A DNA stretch of 64,000 bases from Limnochordales bacterium (GTDB lineage Bacteria > Bacillota > Limnochordia > Limnochordales > ZCTH02-B6), in the NCBI GenBank assembly GCA_036564115.1, contig DATCLD010000111.1, positions 5,733 to 69,732 on the forward strand, in the 5' to 3' direction. Each line of letters begins with the position of its first letter. Position 1 is the stretch's first letter. Below are positions 10,551 through 20,825 of the stretch, piece by piece. The notes below the pieces were generated by a model, which did not search any database, was not told the origin of the DNA, and saw only the letters and a program-made list of their open reading frames with translations. The position numbers and the translations under genes were made by a program.

Positions 10551-11441
10551 TCAGCGGTACCCCAACTCCTGCAGGGCGCCGGGACGGTCCCGCCAGCCCG
10601 GTTTCGTCTTGACCCACAGCTGCAGGTTGATCTGGCTGCCCAGGAGCGCCTCGATCTCCATGCGGGCCATGCGGCCGATTTCTTTGAGCATGCGCCCGCC
10701 CTGGCCGATGATGATGCCCTTCTGGCTGTCCCGCTCGACGATGATGGTGGCGTGGATATCCACCAGGTCCCGGTCCGGGCGCTTGCGCATCTCCTCCACC
10801 ACCACCGTCACCGAGTGGGGCACTTCCTCCTGGGTATGGTGAAACACCTGCTCCCGGATGAGCTCCGCCACCAGGAATTCCTCCGGCCTGTCCGTGACCC
10901 ACTCGTCGGGGAAGTACTTGGGCCCTTCGGGCAGCTGGGCCACAAGCCATTCCACAAGCTCAGCCGTTCCCTCGCCGGTCAGGGCGGATACGGGCGCCAC
11001 ATGGGCGAACGTACCCAGCTCCGCAAAGGCCTGTACGGCCACGGCCCGGTCCTTGACGAGATCCATCTTGTTGACGACCAAGGCCGTGGGCGTGTTGACG
11101 TTGGCCAGTTCCTTGGCGATAAGCCGGTCGCCGGAGCGCACCCCGCTCGCGCCGTCCACGACGAACAGGATGACGTCCACTTCATTCCACGTGGCCCGCG
11201 CCACCTGCACCATGTAGTCGCCCAGCAGGTGCTTGGGCTTGTGCACGCCTGGGGTGTCGATAAACACAACTTGCGCGTCGGGCCGCGTCAGCACCGCCTG
11301 GATGCGGTGCCGCGTCGTCTGCGGCTTGTCCGACACGATGGCCACCTTGGCGCCGACCACCATGTTGAGCAGCGTGGACTTGCCCACGTTGGGCCGGCCG
11401 ATGATGGCCGCAAACCCTGAGCGCAGCTTCGTCCCTTCCAC
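10551..11441 (-). CDS. era: GTPase Era
   Basis: 296 aa. G1 is GRPNVGKSTLLN, G3 is DTPG and G4 is NKMD. A C-terminal KH domain is present (IIVERDSQKGIIIGQGGRMLKEIG). Confidence 0.95.
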   Translation of the reverse strand: MEGTKLRSGFAAIIGRPNVGKSTLLNMVVGAKVAIVSDKPQTTRHRIQAVLTRPDAQVVFIDTPGVHKPKHLLGDYMVQVARATWNEVDVILFVVDGASGVRSGDRLIAKELANVNTPTALVVNKMDLVKDRAVAVQAFAELGTFAHVAPVSALTGEGTAELVEWLVAQLPEGPKYFPDEWVTDRPEEFLVAELIREQVFHHTQEEVPHSVTVVVEEMRKRPDRDLVDIHATIIVERDSQKGIIIGQGGRMLKEIGRMARMEIEALLGSQINLQLWVKTKPGWRDRPGALQELGYR

Positions 11442-11444
11442 CGC

Positions 11445-12371
11445 TTACCCTTCCTCCGGCGGCGACAGGTGAAACGCCCCCGGGAAAAGGTCCTTGAGCG
11501 TCAGCACCCGCCGCTCGCCCTTCACGTTGGCCAGTATCACCGGCAGATCCTCGGCAGCGAACTCCGCCAGGCTCTGCCGGCAGATGCCGCACGGGGGGGC
11601 TGGCGGCTCGGCATCCGTCACCACCGCGAGGGCCCGGAGACGCCGGTGGCCTGCGGCCACGGCGGTACCCAGCGCCACCCGCTCGGCGCAGATCGTGGCC
11701 CCGTAGGAGGCGTTCTCCACGTTGCAGCCGGTGACGATTTCTCCCGAGGTCGTCAAGAGCGCCGCGCCCACCTGGAACCCGGAATAGGGCGCGTAGGCGC
11801 GCTCGCGCGCCGCGCTGGCCGCAGCCACGAGCCTGTCCATCTCGGCGGCCGACAATGCCGCCCCCTCCGCCGTTTGCGGTCCGGTCCCTCCGGTCCCCGC
11901 CGGACCTGCCTGTCCGCTGTCCGTGTGCACGGCAATCACCTTCCTTGTGACCGGCGGCGCCAGAAGCAGGGCAGCCATGAGGCCCCCGGCCGGCACGGCC
12001 GCCAGCGCCGGCGGCAAATAGGGTCGAAAGACCAAGTACCCGATGACCACAGCGGCGGCGGCCAGCACCAAGACTCCTCCCGCCGCGACGTTCTTCGCCG
12101 CCTTGGCCAGCGGGTGGTAGTTGGGCGTCACGAGATCCACCGCAGCCTCGACGGCCGTGTTAAAGAGCTCAGCGGCCAGGACAGTGCCGATGGCCACCAC
12201 CAAGAGGGCGAGCCCAGCCCCCGAGACGCCCACTGCCCAGGCCACGAGCCCCACCAGCGCCGCCGCGGCTATGTGAATGCGCACGTTGCGCTGGGTGCGG
12301 AAGCCGTAGGCGATGCCCTGGAGCGCGAAGCGGAAACTTTCACCCAACGTACGGGCGCGCATGGGACTCAT
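11445..12371 (-). CDS. In-frame fusion: diacylglycerol/undecaprenol kinase (DgkA) N-terminal domain plus cytidine deaminase (Cdd) C-terminal domain
   Basis: Listed ORF 11445..12515. ATG 12371 overlaps the ybeY stop (ATGA). The N-terminal half is DgkA-like: FRFALQGIAYGFRTQRNVRIHI...ELFNTAVEAAVDLV...AKNVAAGGVLV. A ~45-aa Pro/Gly/Ala linker follows. Then MDRLVAAASAARERAYAPYSGFQVGAALLTTSGEIVTGCNVENASYGATICAERVAL...PCGICRQ gives the Cdd Zn motifs CAE and PCGxCRQ. There is no stop between the domains. Confidence 0.8.
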   Translation of the reverse strand: MSPMRARTLGESFRFALQGIAYGFRTQRNVRIHIAAAALVGLVAWAVGVSGAGLALLVVAIGTVLAAELFNTAVEAAVDLVTPNYHPLAKAAKNVAAGGVLVLAAAAVVIGYLVFRPYLPPALAAVPAGGLMAALLLAPPVTRKVIAVHTDSGQAGPAGTGGTGPQTAEGAALSAAEMDRLVAAASAARERAYAPYSGFQVGAALLTTSGEIVTGCNVENASYGATICAERVALGTAVAAGHRRLRALAVVTDAEPPAPPCGICRQSLAEFAAEDLPVILANVKGERRVLTLKDLFPGAFHLSPPEEG

Positions 12372-12895
12372 CGAGTGCTCACCGGCCACTGCGTCCCGTC
12401 TCCCCGCACCAGGCCCGCCTCGGTCAAAATCGCTTCTTCCCGCTGACGCATGGCCGCCCGGGTCGCCTCTTCCTCGTGGTCGTAGCCCAAGAGGTGCAGC
12501 ACGCCGTGGACGCACAAGTACGCGAGCTCCCGGTCGACCCCGTGCCCGTACTCTTCCGCCTGCCGGATCGCCGTCGGCACCGAGATGACCACATCGCCCA
12601 AAAGCAGGGGCCGCTCCGGGTAGCGTTCCGGGCGGAGGCGCAAGTCGGCAATCTCCTCCGGCTCCCAGATGGGAAAAGAGAGCACATCGGTGGGCGCGTC
12701 CTTGCCCCGGTAGTCGCGGTTGAGGGCTTGGATCTCGTCGTCGTCCACCAGCGTCACGGAAACCTCGGCATGAGCCGGCATGCCCTCAGCGGCCAAGGCC
12801 GCCTCAACAACCGCCTCCAGCCGCTTGAGGACCGCCTCATCGACGGCCACCGCCGAACGGTTGATCAGCACCACATCCACCCGCGACCACCTCAC
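12368..12895 (-). CDS. ybeY: rRNA maturation endoribonuclease YbeY
   Basis: 175-aa ORF with the metal motif HGVLHLLGYDH and PTDVLSFP. The functional start may be GTG 12880 (VDVVLIN...), which has GAGGTGG 6 nt upstream. Confidence 0.9.
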   Translation of the reverse strand: MRWSRVDVVLINRSAVAVDEAVLKRLEAVVEAALAAEGMPAHAEVSVTLVDDDEIQALNRDYRGKDAPTDVLSFPIWEPEEIADLRLRPERYPERPLLLGDVVISVPTAIRQAEEYGHGVDRELAYLCVHGVLHLLGYDHEEEATRAAMRQREEAILTEAGLVRGDGTQWPVSTR

Positions 12896-15213
12896 CGGCC
12901 TGTGCCCAGGCCCTGCGGGCTTGGGGCTCCCTGGCGCTGCAGCTCCTGGTCTCTTACAGCTACCTCCGGGTACTCAACCCGCTTGTGGTAAATCCCCGTC
13001 AACACCCGCACAAAGGCTTCGGCGATCTTGTCCAGGTCCCGCAGCGTCAGATCGCTTTCATCCAACTCTCCGGCTTCCAGCCGCTCCTTGATGATGCGCC
13101 GCACCAGGCCCTCAATGCGCCCGGGCGTCGGCCGGCCCAGGGAGCGCACGGACGCTTCCACCGCGTCGGCGAGCATGACGACCGCGATTTCCTTGGACTG
13201 GGGCTTGGGGCCAGGATAGCGGAAATCCCGTTCGTCCACAGACTCACCCTTGGCGTTTTCCACGGCCTTTTGGTAGAAGTACTTGACCAGGTCGGTCCCG
13301 TGGTGCTGCCGGATGAAGTCCACGATCACCTCAGGCAGCTTGTACTCCCGCGCCAGCTCCACCCCGTCCCGCACATGGGAGATGATGATCAACGTGCTCA
13401 GGCTGGGCGAGATCTTGTCGTGGGGGTTCTCGCCGACGAACTGGTTTTCCACGAAGAAATAGGGCCGTTTGGTCTTGCCGATGTCGTGGTACAAGGCCCC
13501 GACCCGCACGAGGAGCTGGTCCGCCCCGATAACCTCCGCGGCCGCTTCCGCCAAATTGCCCACGAGGATGCTGTGGTGATACGTGCCCGGCGCCTCCATG
13601 AGGAGCTTCCGCAACAGCGGGTGGTTGGGGTTGGACAGCTCCAGGAGGCGAATGGACGACGTGATGCCAAACAGCGCTTCCAGGTACGGCAAGAGCCCGA
13701 TGGTGCCGACGGCGGAGACGATCCCGTTAAGCAGCCCCAAGAACGAGTACTGGATTAGGAACATCTCGCTGCGCATGAGGCCCAATGCGACCGTCATCAG
13801 GAAACACGCGCCGCCGACGATGAGGCCGGCCCGCGTCAAGTCCGACCGCTGGCTTACCCGGGAGACGCTGTAGACGCCGGCCACCCCACCGGCCAGCCCG
13901 ACAAGAAAGTCGCGTCCGTCAAACCCAAAGAGGGCCGCCAGCATACCTGACAACACGACGGTCACGAGGATGGCCAGCCTCGAGTCCAAAAGAAGCGTGA
14001 CCAACAGCCCGGCCAACCCGACGGGCACCAGCAGGGCCGTACCCTGCCAGTTGATGAAGCTGCCCACCTTGGCCAAGCCCGCGACCAAGAGCACGATGAG
14101 CCCCAGCAGCAAGAGCTGCCGTTCGCTCAAGAGGATGTCGCGCCGGTTTTGATGCAAGTAGACCCCGACGACCGCAAACAGGAGCAAGAGCAACACCGCA
14201 TGGCCCAACAGCTGCCCGTAGCTGTACCGGCCGTCCAGCAGGCCCAGATCTTGCAGAAGCATGATGTGCTCAGGGCCCACCGGGTCGCCGCGGCGGATGA
14301 TGATCTGGCCTTCCCGCACTCGTACTTCGGCTACGGCGCGCATCGCCTCCTGGCGCGCCCGCTCCATCCGCTCAGGGCTCGGGATCAGGTTGGGCCGGAT
14401 GACCGCCTGCACGACGGCGCCGACGAACTCCCGCTCCCCATCAGGCAAGCTGCTGATCTGCGCCAGGGTCGGGACGGCCTCCCGCTCCCGCTCCAGGTCG
14501 TCGGTGCCGATGCGGCGGCTGCGCATGACCTCGCTGGCGATCCGCAGTGTCCGTTCTTCAAGGGCTGCCCGGGCCTCGTCGCTCAGCTGCAGCGCGTAAC
14601 GCAGGACCTCGGCCCTCACGGCCACATCCTGCTTGGACAACTGCTCCGCCGCTTCGGCTGCCAGCCGGTCCCAGGGCAAGGCGGGGACGGCGGGCGGTAC
14701 GCTCGCTGGCCCTTCGCCTGCTTGAGGAGGCGCGGCGGGCGCCTGGCCGGCGCCGGTTTCGCCGGAGCCGGTCAATTCCGCCAAGGCCGCCTGCCGCACC
14801 GCGTTGATGACCTGGAAGACCAGCTTGACCCGTTCCTCGCTGCGCAACGCTTCCGCCGGGTTGATCTCCCAGTTGACAGGATCGAGTTCCGCCTCCCGCA
14901 CCGCCTCGCGGGCGGCCTGTTCCCGCAAAAGAGCGGTCCGGTACCGGTCCACGACGTCCCGGGGAGCGACCACGTCGCGGGTAGCCACGTCCCCCACTTG
15001 CCAGTCAAGCGCGTCGGGCGCCGTGTTTGCCGTCATGATGGCCAGCAGCACCACATACATTACGCCTGCGAGCGCAGCGCGCCGGGCCGGGCTCGGCCTG
15101 GAGAGAAAGAGGCGGATGGGTTCCCACACGGACGCGCGCAAAGACGCCCACACGGCGTGGGCGCCTCCTTTGCGGCCGGAGCCTTGACCGCTGCCGTTAG
15201 CTTTCCTGGACAT
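12892..15213 (-). CDS. pgpH: 7TM-receptor/HD-GYP-type membrane phosphohydrolase (YqfF/PgpH family, putative cyclic-di-AMP phosphodiesterase)
   Basis: Listed ORF 12892..15264. I prefer ATG 15213 (MSRKANGS...), with GGGAG 9 nt upstream. The layout is an extracellular domain, seven TM helices and a C-terminal HD domain (HHSILVGNLAEAAAE..., LYHDIGK, IISHVRDG, IRQHHG). It occupies the same position as B. subtilis yqfF. Confidence 0.85.
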   Translation of the reverse strand: MSRKANGSGQGSGRKGGAHAVWASLRASVWEPIRLFLSRPSPARRAALAGVMYVVLLAIMTANTAPDALDWQVGDVATRDVVAPRDVVDRYRTALLREQAAREAVREAELDPVNWEINPAEALRSEERVKLVFQVINAVRQAALAELTGSGETGAGQAPAAPPQAGEGPASVPPAVPALPWDRLAAEAAEQLSKQDVAVRAEVLRYALQLSDEARAALEERTLRIASEVMRSRRIGTDDLEREREAVPTLAQISSLPDGEREFVGAVVQAVIRPNLIPSPERMERARQEAMRAVAEVRVREGQIIIRRGDPVGPEHIMLLQDLGLLDGRYSYGQLLGHAVLLLLLFAVVGVYLHQNRRDILLSERQLLLLGLIVLLVAGLAKVGSFINWQGTALLVPVGLAGLLVTLLLDSRLAILVTVVLSGMLAALFGFDGRDFLVGLAGGVAGVYSVSRVSQRSDLTRAGLIVGGACFLMTVALGLMRSEMFLIQYSFLGLLNGIVSAVGTIGLLPYLEALFGITSSIRLLELSNPNHPLLRKLLMEAPGTYHHSILVGNLAEAAAEVIGADQLLVRVGALYHDIGKTKRPYFFVENQFVGENPHDKISPSLSTLIIISHVRDGVELAREYKLPEVIVDFIRQHHGTDLVKYFYQKAVENAKGESVDERDFRYPGPKPQSKEIAVVMLADAVEASVRSLGRPTPGRIEGLVRRIIKERLEAGELDESDLTLRDLDKIAEAFVRVLTGIYHKRVEYPEVAVRDQELQRQGAPSPQGLGTGR

Positions 15214-16225
15214 GGGTGTCATCTCCCGCCGCTTTCGCACGCAAGCCCAAGCGGGCTTGGGCACGGCGCTGCTCGTCCCGCTCGTAGGCGCGGATGATCG
15301 TCTGCACCAGCTCGTGCCGGACCACGTCCGCGTCAGACAGCTCGATGAAGGGAATCCCCGTGTCCGCCAAGACGGTGCGGGCGTGGGCCAGCCCCGACAC
15401 TTGGCCCGGCGGCAGGTCGATCTGGGTCAGGTCGCCCGTCACCACCATCCGGGAGCGCAGGCCCATGCGTGTCAGGAACATCTTCATCTGCTCGGGCGTC
15501 GTGTTCTGCGCCTCATCCAGGATGACGAAGGCGTCCTCCAGCGTCCGGCCGCGCATGTAGGCCAACGGGGCCACCTCAATGACGCCCCGCTCCACATGGC
15601 GCTGGTACGTTTCCGCGCCGACAATATCGTACAAAGCGTCGTACAGCGGCCGCAAGTACGGATCGACCTTCTCTTGCAGGTCGCCGGGCAAGAAGCCGAG
15701 CCGCTCGCCGGCTTCCACCGCCGGCCGCGTCAGCACGATCCGCGTCACGGAGCGTTCCTTCAGGGCCGCGATGGCGACGGCCACGGCCAGGTACGTCTTG
15801 CCCGTCCCCGCGGGCCCGATGGCAAATACGAGGCTGTGGCGCCGCATGGCGTCCACATACCGCTTCTGCCCCACGGTGCGGGGCGTTACCGGACGCCCGC
15901 GGGCCGAAACGACCACCACGTCCCGCTGGATGTCGGCCAGCCGCGTGTCGTTGCCATGGGTTGCCAGGCGCAGGGCGTAGCGGACTTCCTGGGTAGTAAG
16001 ATAGGGGCGCTGGCGGGAAACCTCCGCCAGATCGCGCAGCACCCGCAGGGCCCGGTCGACGGCCGACGGGTCGCCGGAGATGGCGAGGGTGTTTCCCCGG
16101 GGTACGATGGTGACCCGCAGCTCCCGCTCAATAGTGCGCAGGTGCTCGTCACGCTCGCCAAAAACGCCTAGGGCCGCCGCATTGTCGTCGACGACGAACT
16201 TGGCTTCCGCCACGGCTTTGCTCAA
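15197..16225 (-). CDS. phoH: PhoH-family ATPase
   Basis: 342 aa. The Walker A is [47 protein letters not shown] and DEAQNTT are canonical PhoH features. Confidence 0.93.
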   Translation of the reverse strand: MSKAVAEAKFVVDDNAAALGVFGERDEHLRTIERELRVTIVPRGNTLAISGDPSAVDRALRVLRDLAEVSRQRPYLTTQEVRYALRLATHGNDTRLADIQRDVVVVSARGRPVTPRTVGQKRYVDAMRRHSLVFAIGPAGTGKTYLAVAVAIAALKERSVTRIVLTRPAVEAGERLGFLPGDLQEKVDPYLRPLYDALYDIVGAETYQRHVERGVIEVAPLAYMRGRTLEDAFVILDEAQNTTPEQMKMFLTRMGLRSRMVVTGDLTQIDLPPGQVSGLAHARTVLADTGIPFIELSDADVVRHELVQTIIRAYERDEQRRAQARLGLRAKAAGDDTHVQES

Positions 16226-16251
16226 ACTCGCGGGTACCCCTCCTCGCTATG

Positions 16252-17469
16252 TCAACCTGCACCGTCCAGGACCGGCTCCCCGATGGGGGCAAACCGTCCC
16301 AGATCCTGCAGCACTTCCACCGTTACCGCCGCGCGCACGACGCCGGCGGCGGGATCCTCCCACACGGAAACCTGCTCGTCCAGCACGTCGACGCCCGCGG
16401 GCATTTGGCCCAGGGCCTGCTCCCGCGCCGCGGCCACAGCGGCCTCGCGCGCGGTGGCGGCGTCGACCGGCTGCTCAAAGCGCCGGATCTCATACCCCAC
16501 GTGCCACGTCGCCGAAACGCCGGGCAGCCAGCGGGGCGCCGCCGCCCGCTCCTCCCAGCGCACCAAGGCGAACGGCGGCTCCAGGCTTCCGATCCGCCAC
16601 TCCCGCTCCCCAATCTTCACGGTGAGGTAGCGGTGCACGCGCCCTGTGTCTTCCTCGTAAACCCTGACGAGGGGCGCTTCCCCCAGGCCGCGGTACCACG
16701 TCCTGCCCCGCACGACGCCCTCCGCCCGCACGTACGGCAGTTGACCTCGCCCGACCCGTTCCAGGTACTCGGCGCTGCCGGGGGCGAGCATACCGCTGAT
16801 CAGCGGCTGGCCAGCCCGCACGGTTTCCCCGGGCGATACCAGCACTTCGCCGCGGATCGGCGCTACCCGCTCCACCACGCCGTCCCGCACCGCCACGATG
16901 TGGCCCGGCTGGCGCAGGTCTGCATCCAGGACGGCCCGCTCCGCGACGCGCACGGTCGCGACGGCCCCTCGCACCTCCACCGAGGCCCAGGCCAGGCGCG
17001 GGAGCGCGAGGTACAGGCGCCGCTCGACGACGTCCCGCTGCACCTGGTCCCGCCGCACCCCAGGCCGCAAGCCGGCTTGCGCGGCCGCAGCCAGGATTTC
17101 CCCGTGCGGCACCGCGTCCGCCCCGTCCACCCTGACAAACCAGACGAACTGGCCCAGCACGTACAAGAGCGCTGCGAACAGGAACCCGCCGGCGACGAAG
17201 GCGTGCCGGCGGCCAGCGCGCATGAGCAGAAACGGCAGCCCGGCCTTGTGCAGGATGGCCACGTCCACCCCCAGGCGCCGGGCTATCCGCGCCAGCCGCA
17301 CGAAGTCGCCCGCCGCCACCCGGGCCACCAGCAACTGGGGCCCCGCCCGCTCCAGTTGCCACAAGGCGATCCCTTGGGCGACGGCGCGGTTAATTAAGGT
17401 TTCCAGCGGTCCGCCTCGCGCTCTGATTATAACATATCCCCTGAATAGCGACGACAAGGAGCGCAGCAA
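16252..17469 (-). CDS. yqfD: Sporulation protein YqfD
   Basis: 405 aa. MLRSLSSLFRGYVIIRARGGPLETLINRAVAQGIALWQLER is the characteristic YqfD N-terminus. Position between yqfC and phoH matches Bacillus. Confidence 0.85.
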   Translation of the reverse strand: MLRSLSSLFRGYVIIRARGGPLETLINRAVAQGIALWQLERAGPQLLVARVAAGDFVRLARIARRLGVDVAILHKAGLPFLLMRAGRRHAFVAGGFLFAALLYVLGQFVWFVRVDGADAVPHGEILAAAAQAGLRPGVRRDQVQRDVVERRLYLALPRLAWASVEVRGAVATVRVAERAVLDADLRQPGHIVAVRDGVVERVAPIRGEVLVSPGETVRAGQPLISGMLAPGSAEYLERVGRGQLPYVRAEGVVRGRTWYRGLGEAPLVRVYEEDTGRVHRYLTVKIGEREWRIGSLEPPFALVRWEERAAAPRWLPGVSATWHVGYEIRRFEQPVDAATAREAAVAAAREQALGQMPAGVDVLDEQVSVWEDPAAGVVRAAVTVEVLQDLGRFAPIGEPVLDGAG

Positions 17470-17480
17470 GGACGGGCCTC

Positions 17481-17759
17481 CTAGCGGCGCAGCTCCAGCT
17501 GCAGGATGCGCCCGTCCACGACCAGTTCCTGGGGAAGGATGCTGCCGATGCGCAGGCGGGAGCCCGCCACCACCAGCTCCCCGCGGGCGGTGCGGATTCG
17601 GATCTCCCGGGGGCTGTATTTGATAAGCCCGCGGTGGTTTTCCACCAGCACCTGCACATCGCCGATGAGCGTCGTTTTGGGAAGACCGAAAACGATGTCT
17701 TGAGGCAAGTCCAGGGCGCTTACGAGACGCTCCACCACGGTGCCGCGCTTGGGTTCCAC
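17481..17759 (-). CDS. yqfC: Sporulation protein YqfC
   Basis: Listed ORF 17481..17882. I start it at GTG 17759, with GGGAGGG 6 nt upstream, giving 92 aa. VEPKRGTVVERLVSALDLPQDIVFGLPKTTLIGDVQVLVENHRGLIKYSPREIRIRT is the YqfC pattern. The longer ORF would overlap the upstream gene. Confidence 0.8.
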   Translation of the reverse strand: MEPKRGTVVERLVSALDLPQDIVFGLPKTTLIGDVQVLVENHRGLIKYSPREIRIRTARGELVVAGSRLRIGSILPQELVVDGRILQLELRR

Positions 17760-17800
17760 GGTCGTCCCTCCCGCGACACCGTATGCGAAATCCGGCGCCC

Positions 17801-18355
17801 CTAGACCCGCGGCCACACCCGGTAAGGACGCAAGGCCCGCGGCGGATCCAAGATCTCTCGCATCACCACCGCCGCTAGCCACGGATGACCCTCACGGACG
17901 AGCGCCGCGACGGTGGGCGGCAGGCCCGCCGCGACCCGCGGCCGCGGGGCGGCCGGCCGGGGCGCCGGTGCGGCCGGTGCGCTCCAGTCTTGGCCCAAAT
18001 CGTCATCAAACGGCACACCGCGGACGCGGGGCGCCATCGTCGACGACCGCACGGCCGGCTTGGCGGGCTGCACGGCGCGCGCCGCCGTAGGCGGCACCGC
18101 CGGGGCCGCAGGCGGCACGAGGCTGGGCGGCGTTTCTCCCCGCCCGTGCCCCGCCGGCGGCTGCGGCTGCCCGAGTCGCTCCTGGCTGGCCCGCCGGAGC
18201 CGCCGTTCCAGCTCCTCCATGTCGAGCACGAGGTCGGGGCCCTCCCCGGTGCCGGTGGGGGCACCGGGATCCGCTGACCGCCGCAGCAGGCCGCTTAATA
18301 CGGACCCCAGGACGTAGAGGAAAAACAGCAGGCTAAACAGCTCTTCAAAGCCCAC
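17801..18355 (-). CDS. Hypothetical membrane-anchored Pro/Ala-rich protein (occupies the yqfB position)
   Basis: Listed ORF 17801..18385. GTG 18355 is preceded by GGGAGGTGG with a 6-nt spacer. The N-terminal TM helix is FEELFSLLFFLYVLGSVLSGLL. A long low-complexity P/A/R region follows, with a conserved-looking tail GHPWLAAVVMREILDPPRALRP. No family recognised. Confidence 0.5.
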   Translation of the reverse strand: MGFEELFSLLFFLYVLGSVLSGLLRRSADPGAPTGTGEGPDLVLDMEELERRLRRASQERLGQPQPPAGHGRGETPPSLVPPAAPAVPPTAARAVQPAKPAVRSSTMAPRVRGVPFDDDLGQDWSAPAAPAPRPAAPRPRVAAGLPPTVAALVREGHPWLAAVVMREILDPPRALRPYRVWPRV

Positions 18356-18391
18356 AGTCCGCCACCTCCCGTCCCGGGCCCTCACGCTCCG

Positions 18392-19405
18392 TCATTCGCT
18401 GCGCTTGGGCGGCTCCCCGCCCTGCCGCGGCTCAGGCGGCTCCCCACCGCGGCTGATGGCCTGCCGCATTTCGGTGTCGGCGATCAGGTTGCGCAGGGCG
18501 TAATAGTCCAGCACGCCCAGGCGGCCTTCCCGCAAAGCTTGAGCCAGGGCCTTGGGCACCTCGGCCTCGGCTTCGACGACCCGGGCCCGCATCTCTTCCA
18601 CCATCGCCCGCATTTCCTGCTCCCGGGCGAGCGCCGCAAAGCGGCGCTCGGCGGCTTTGGCCTGCGCGATGTTTTTATCGGCTTCCGCCTGGTCCATCTG
18701 CAGCTGCGCCCCGATGTTCCTACCTACGTCCACGTCGGCGATGTCGATGGACAGGATCTCGTAGGCCGTGCCGGCGTCGAGGCCTTTGGCAAGCACCGTC
18801 TTGGAGATGCGGTCCGGGTTCTCGAGCACCTCCTCGTGGCTTAGGGAGGAGCCGACGGTGGTCACGATGCCCTCGCCCACGCGGGCGACGATGGTTTCCT
18901 CGCCGGCACCGCCTACGAGCCGCTGGATGTTGGCCCGCACCGTGACGCGCGCCTTCACCTTGAGCTCGATGCCGTTCTTGGCGACCGCTGAGATGACGGG
19001 CGTTTCAATCACCCGCGGGTTGACGCTGACCTGCACCGCCTCGAGCACATTGCGCCCGGCCAAGTCGATGGCGGCCGCCCGCTCAAAGGAGAGATCGATC
19101 TGGGCCCGGTGGGCGGCGATCAAGGCGTCCACGACCCGGTCCACATTGCCGCCGGCCAGGTAGTGGGCTTCCAGCTTGTCGATGGCCACGTCCATCCCGG
19201 CCTTGACCGCCTTGATCAAGGGCAGGACGATCTTCGCCGGCGGCACCCGGCGCAGGCGCATGCCGATGAGCTGCAGGATCCCGACGTGCACTCCGGATGC
19301 CCAGGCGGAAATCCACAGCCCCACCGGGATGAAGTTGAAAAAGAGAATCACAAGAATGACCGCCAGCGCAAAGGTCAACAAGCCCGTAAACGTCGCCAGT
19401 TCCAT
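18392..19405 (-). CDS. floA: Flotillin-like protein FloA (YqfA/UPF0365)
   Basis: 337 aa. [56 protein letters not shown] is the diagnostic FloA N-terminus. An SPFH-like body follows. Confidence 0.92.
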   Translation of the reverse strand: MELATFTGLLTFALAVILVILFFNFIPVGLWISAWASGVHVGILQLIGMRLRRVPPAKIVLPLIKAVKAGMDVAIDKLEAHYLAGGNVDRVVDALIAAHRAQIDLSFERAAAIDLAGRNVLEAVQVSVNPRVIETPVISAVAKNGIELKVKARVTVRANIQRLVGGAGEETIVARVGEGIVTTVGSSLSHEEVLENPDRISKTVLAKGLDAGTAYEILSIDIADVDVGRNIGAQLQMDQAEADKNIAQAKAAERRFAALAREQEMRAMVEEMRARVVEAEAEVPKALAQALREGRLGVLDYYALRNLIADTEMRQAISRGGEPPEPRQGGEPPKRSE

Positions 19406-19444
19406 CCCCTCAGCCTCCTCGGCCCTTAGCGGTTCTGGCTTCCA

Positions 19445-20746
19445 TCACCCATGGTATTCCCTGACCGTCACTCGGCCGCCCAGCACTCGCACCACCTGCA
19501 CCATGGCGCCGGCCGGGATGAACGCGCCTTCCGATGTGGCGTCCACCCGCACGCCTTCGATCTCGACGGTCCCCGCCGGCCGCAGGGGGGTCAGCGCCCG
19601 GCCGTAGGCGCCGACCTTGACCACCGGGCTATTGGCTTCATCCCCGGGAACGCCGACGTCCTCCAACCTGGTTTCCAACGCGATCCGCCGCCAGATACCC
19701 GTCTTGGGCACCCGCCGCAGCAGCGCGATGCCAAGCACGATGGTCGCGATGGTCGAAAGCCCGATGGCGGTGAACGCCGAAGACGCATCGGGAAACGACA
19801 GGTACACGCTCGCGAAGATGGCCACGAGGCCGCCAATCCCCGCGATGCCGAAGCCTGGGATGACCAGGATTTCCAAGAGGATCAGGACGAGCCCCAGGAT
19901 AAAGAGCAGCACCACTTCGAGGCCCGCGAGACCCGTAATCAGGCGCGCCCCGAAAAACAGCGCCAGGCAAGCCAGACCCGCAGTGCCCGGGACCCCCCAG
20001 CCGGGGCTCGTGATCTCCGCCAACAGGCCCAGCATCCCCAGGGTCAAGAGCAAGGAGCTGATGGTCGGATCCGTGAGGAACCGCGCCACACGCTCGGCCC
20101 AGTTGGGTGCGACCTCCTCGACGACCGCACCGGGAAAGCCGAACGCCGCCAGCACTTCTTCGCGGCTTGCGGCCAACAGGTCGACGAATCCGATTTCGAA
20201 CGCCCTGGCCGCCGTTAGGGTCAGAATCGCGCCTTCTCCCGTCAGACCCTCAATGGCGATGCGTTTGTCCACCATCGCGGCCGCCACCCGCGGGTCGCGT
20301 CCGTGGCGCTCCGCGGTGGCTTCAAACTCGGCCCGCAAGGCCGAAATCGTCTTTTCCTCCGCCGGCTGCGGTTCGGCGGCCCCGATGCTGGCCCCGGGCG
20401 CCATGGCGATCTTCTCCGCCGCCAAGGTGATGAGCGCTCCGGCCGACCAGGCCCGCTCGCGCACAAAGGCCAGCACCGGCCGGCCGGCCCCGAGCAGCGC
20501 GTCGCGGATGCTTGTGGCCGAGTCCACCCGGCCGCCGAAGGTGTTGACCTCGATCAAGATCGCGTCGGCCCCGTCGCGCCTCGCCTGCTCCACCGACCGC
20601 TCCACGAAGGCGGCGAGCCCCTCGTCGATGGTGCCCACAATGGGGATCACGACGACTCGCGGCGTTCCCTGCGCCAGCGCGCCCAAGGCGCCGCCCAGGA
20701 CCGCGAGCGTCGCAAGGATCAACCCCAGCCAACGGTACCTGCCCAC
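19445..20746 (-). CDS. nfeD: NfeD-family membrane-bound ClpP-class serine protease (YqeZ-like)
   Basis: Listed ORF 19445..20806. GTG 20746 is preceded by GGGGGAG with a 5-nt spacer. It has a ClpP-like N-terminal domain (ILIEVNTFGGRVDSATSI...), a multi-TM central region and a C-terminal NfeD OB domain (GRALTPLRPAGTVEIEGVRVDATSEGAFIPAGAMVQVVRV). It lies immediately upstream of floA, as in Bacillus. Confidence 0.88.
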   Translation of the reverse strand: MGRYRWLGLILATLAVLGGALGALAQGTPRVVVIPIVGTIDEGLAAFVERSVEQARRDGADAILIEVNTFGGRVDSATSIRDALLGAGRPVLAFVRERAWSAGALITLAAEKIAMAPGASIGAAEPQPAEEKTISALRAEFEATAERHGRDPRVAAAMVDKRIAIEGLTGEGAILTLTAARAFEIGFVDLLAASREEVLAAFGFPGAVVEEVAPNWAERVARFLTDPTISSLLLTLGMLGLLAEITSPGWGVPGTAGLACLALFFGARLITGLAGLEVVLLFILGLVLILLEILVIPGFGIAGIGGLVAIFASVYLSFPDASSAFTAIGLSTIATIVLGIALLRRVPKTGIWRRIALETRLEDVGVPGDEANSPVVKVGAYGRALTPLRPAGTVEIEGVRVDATSEGAFIPAGAMVQVVRVLGGRVTVREYHG

Positions 20747-20825
20747 GGCCACTCCCCCGCTTGCGGTCCGACAAAAAGGGAGGCCCCCTCCGGCCTCCCT
20801 CCGCATTCCGTGCCCGGCTTCCTGC

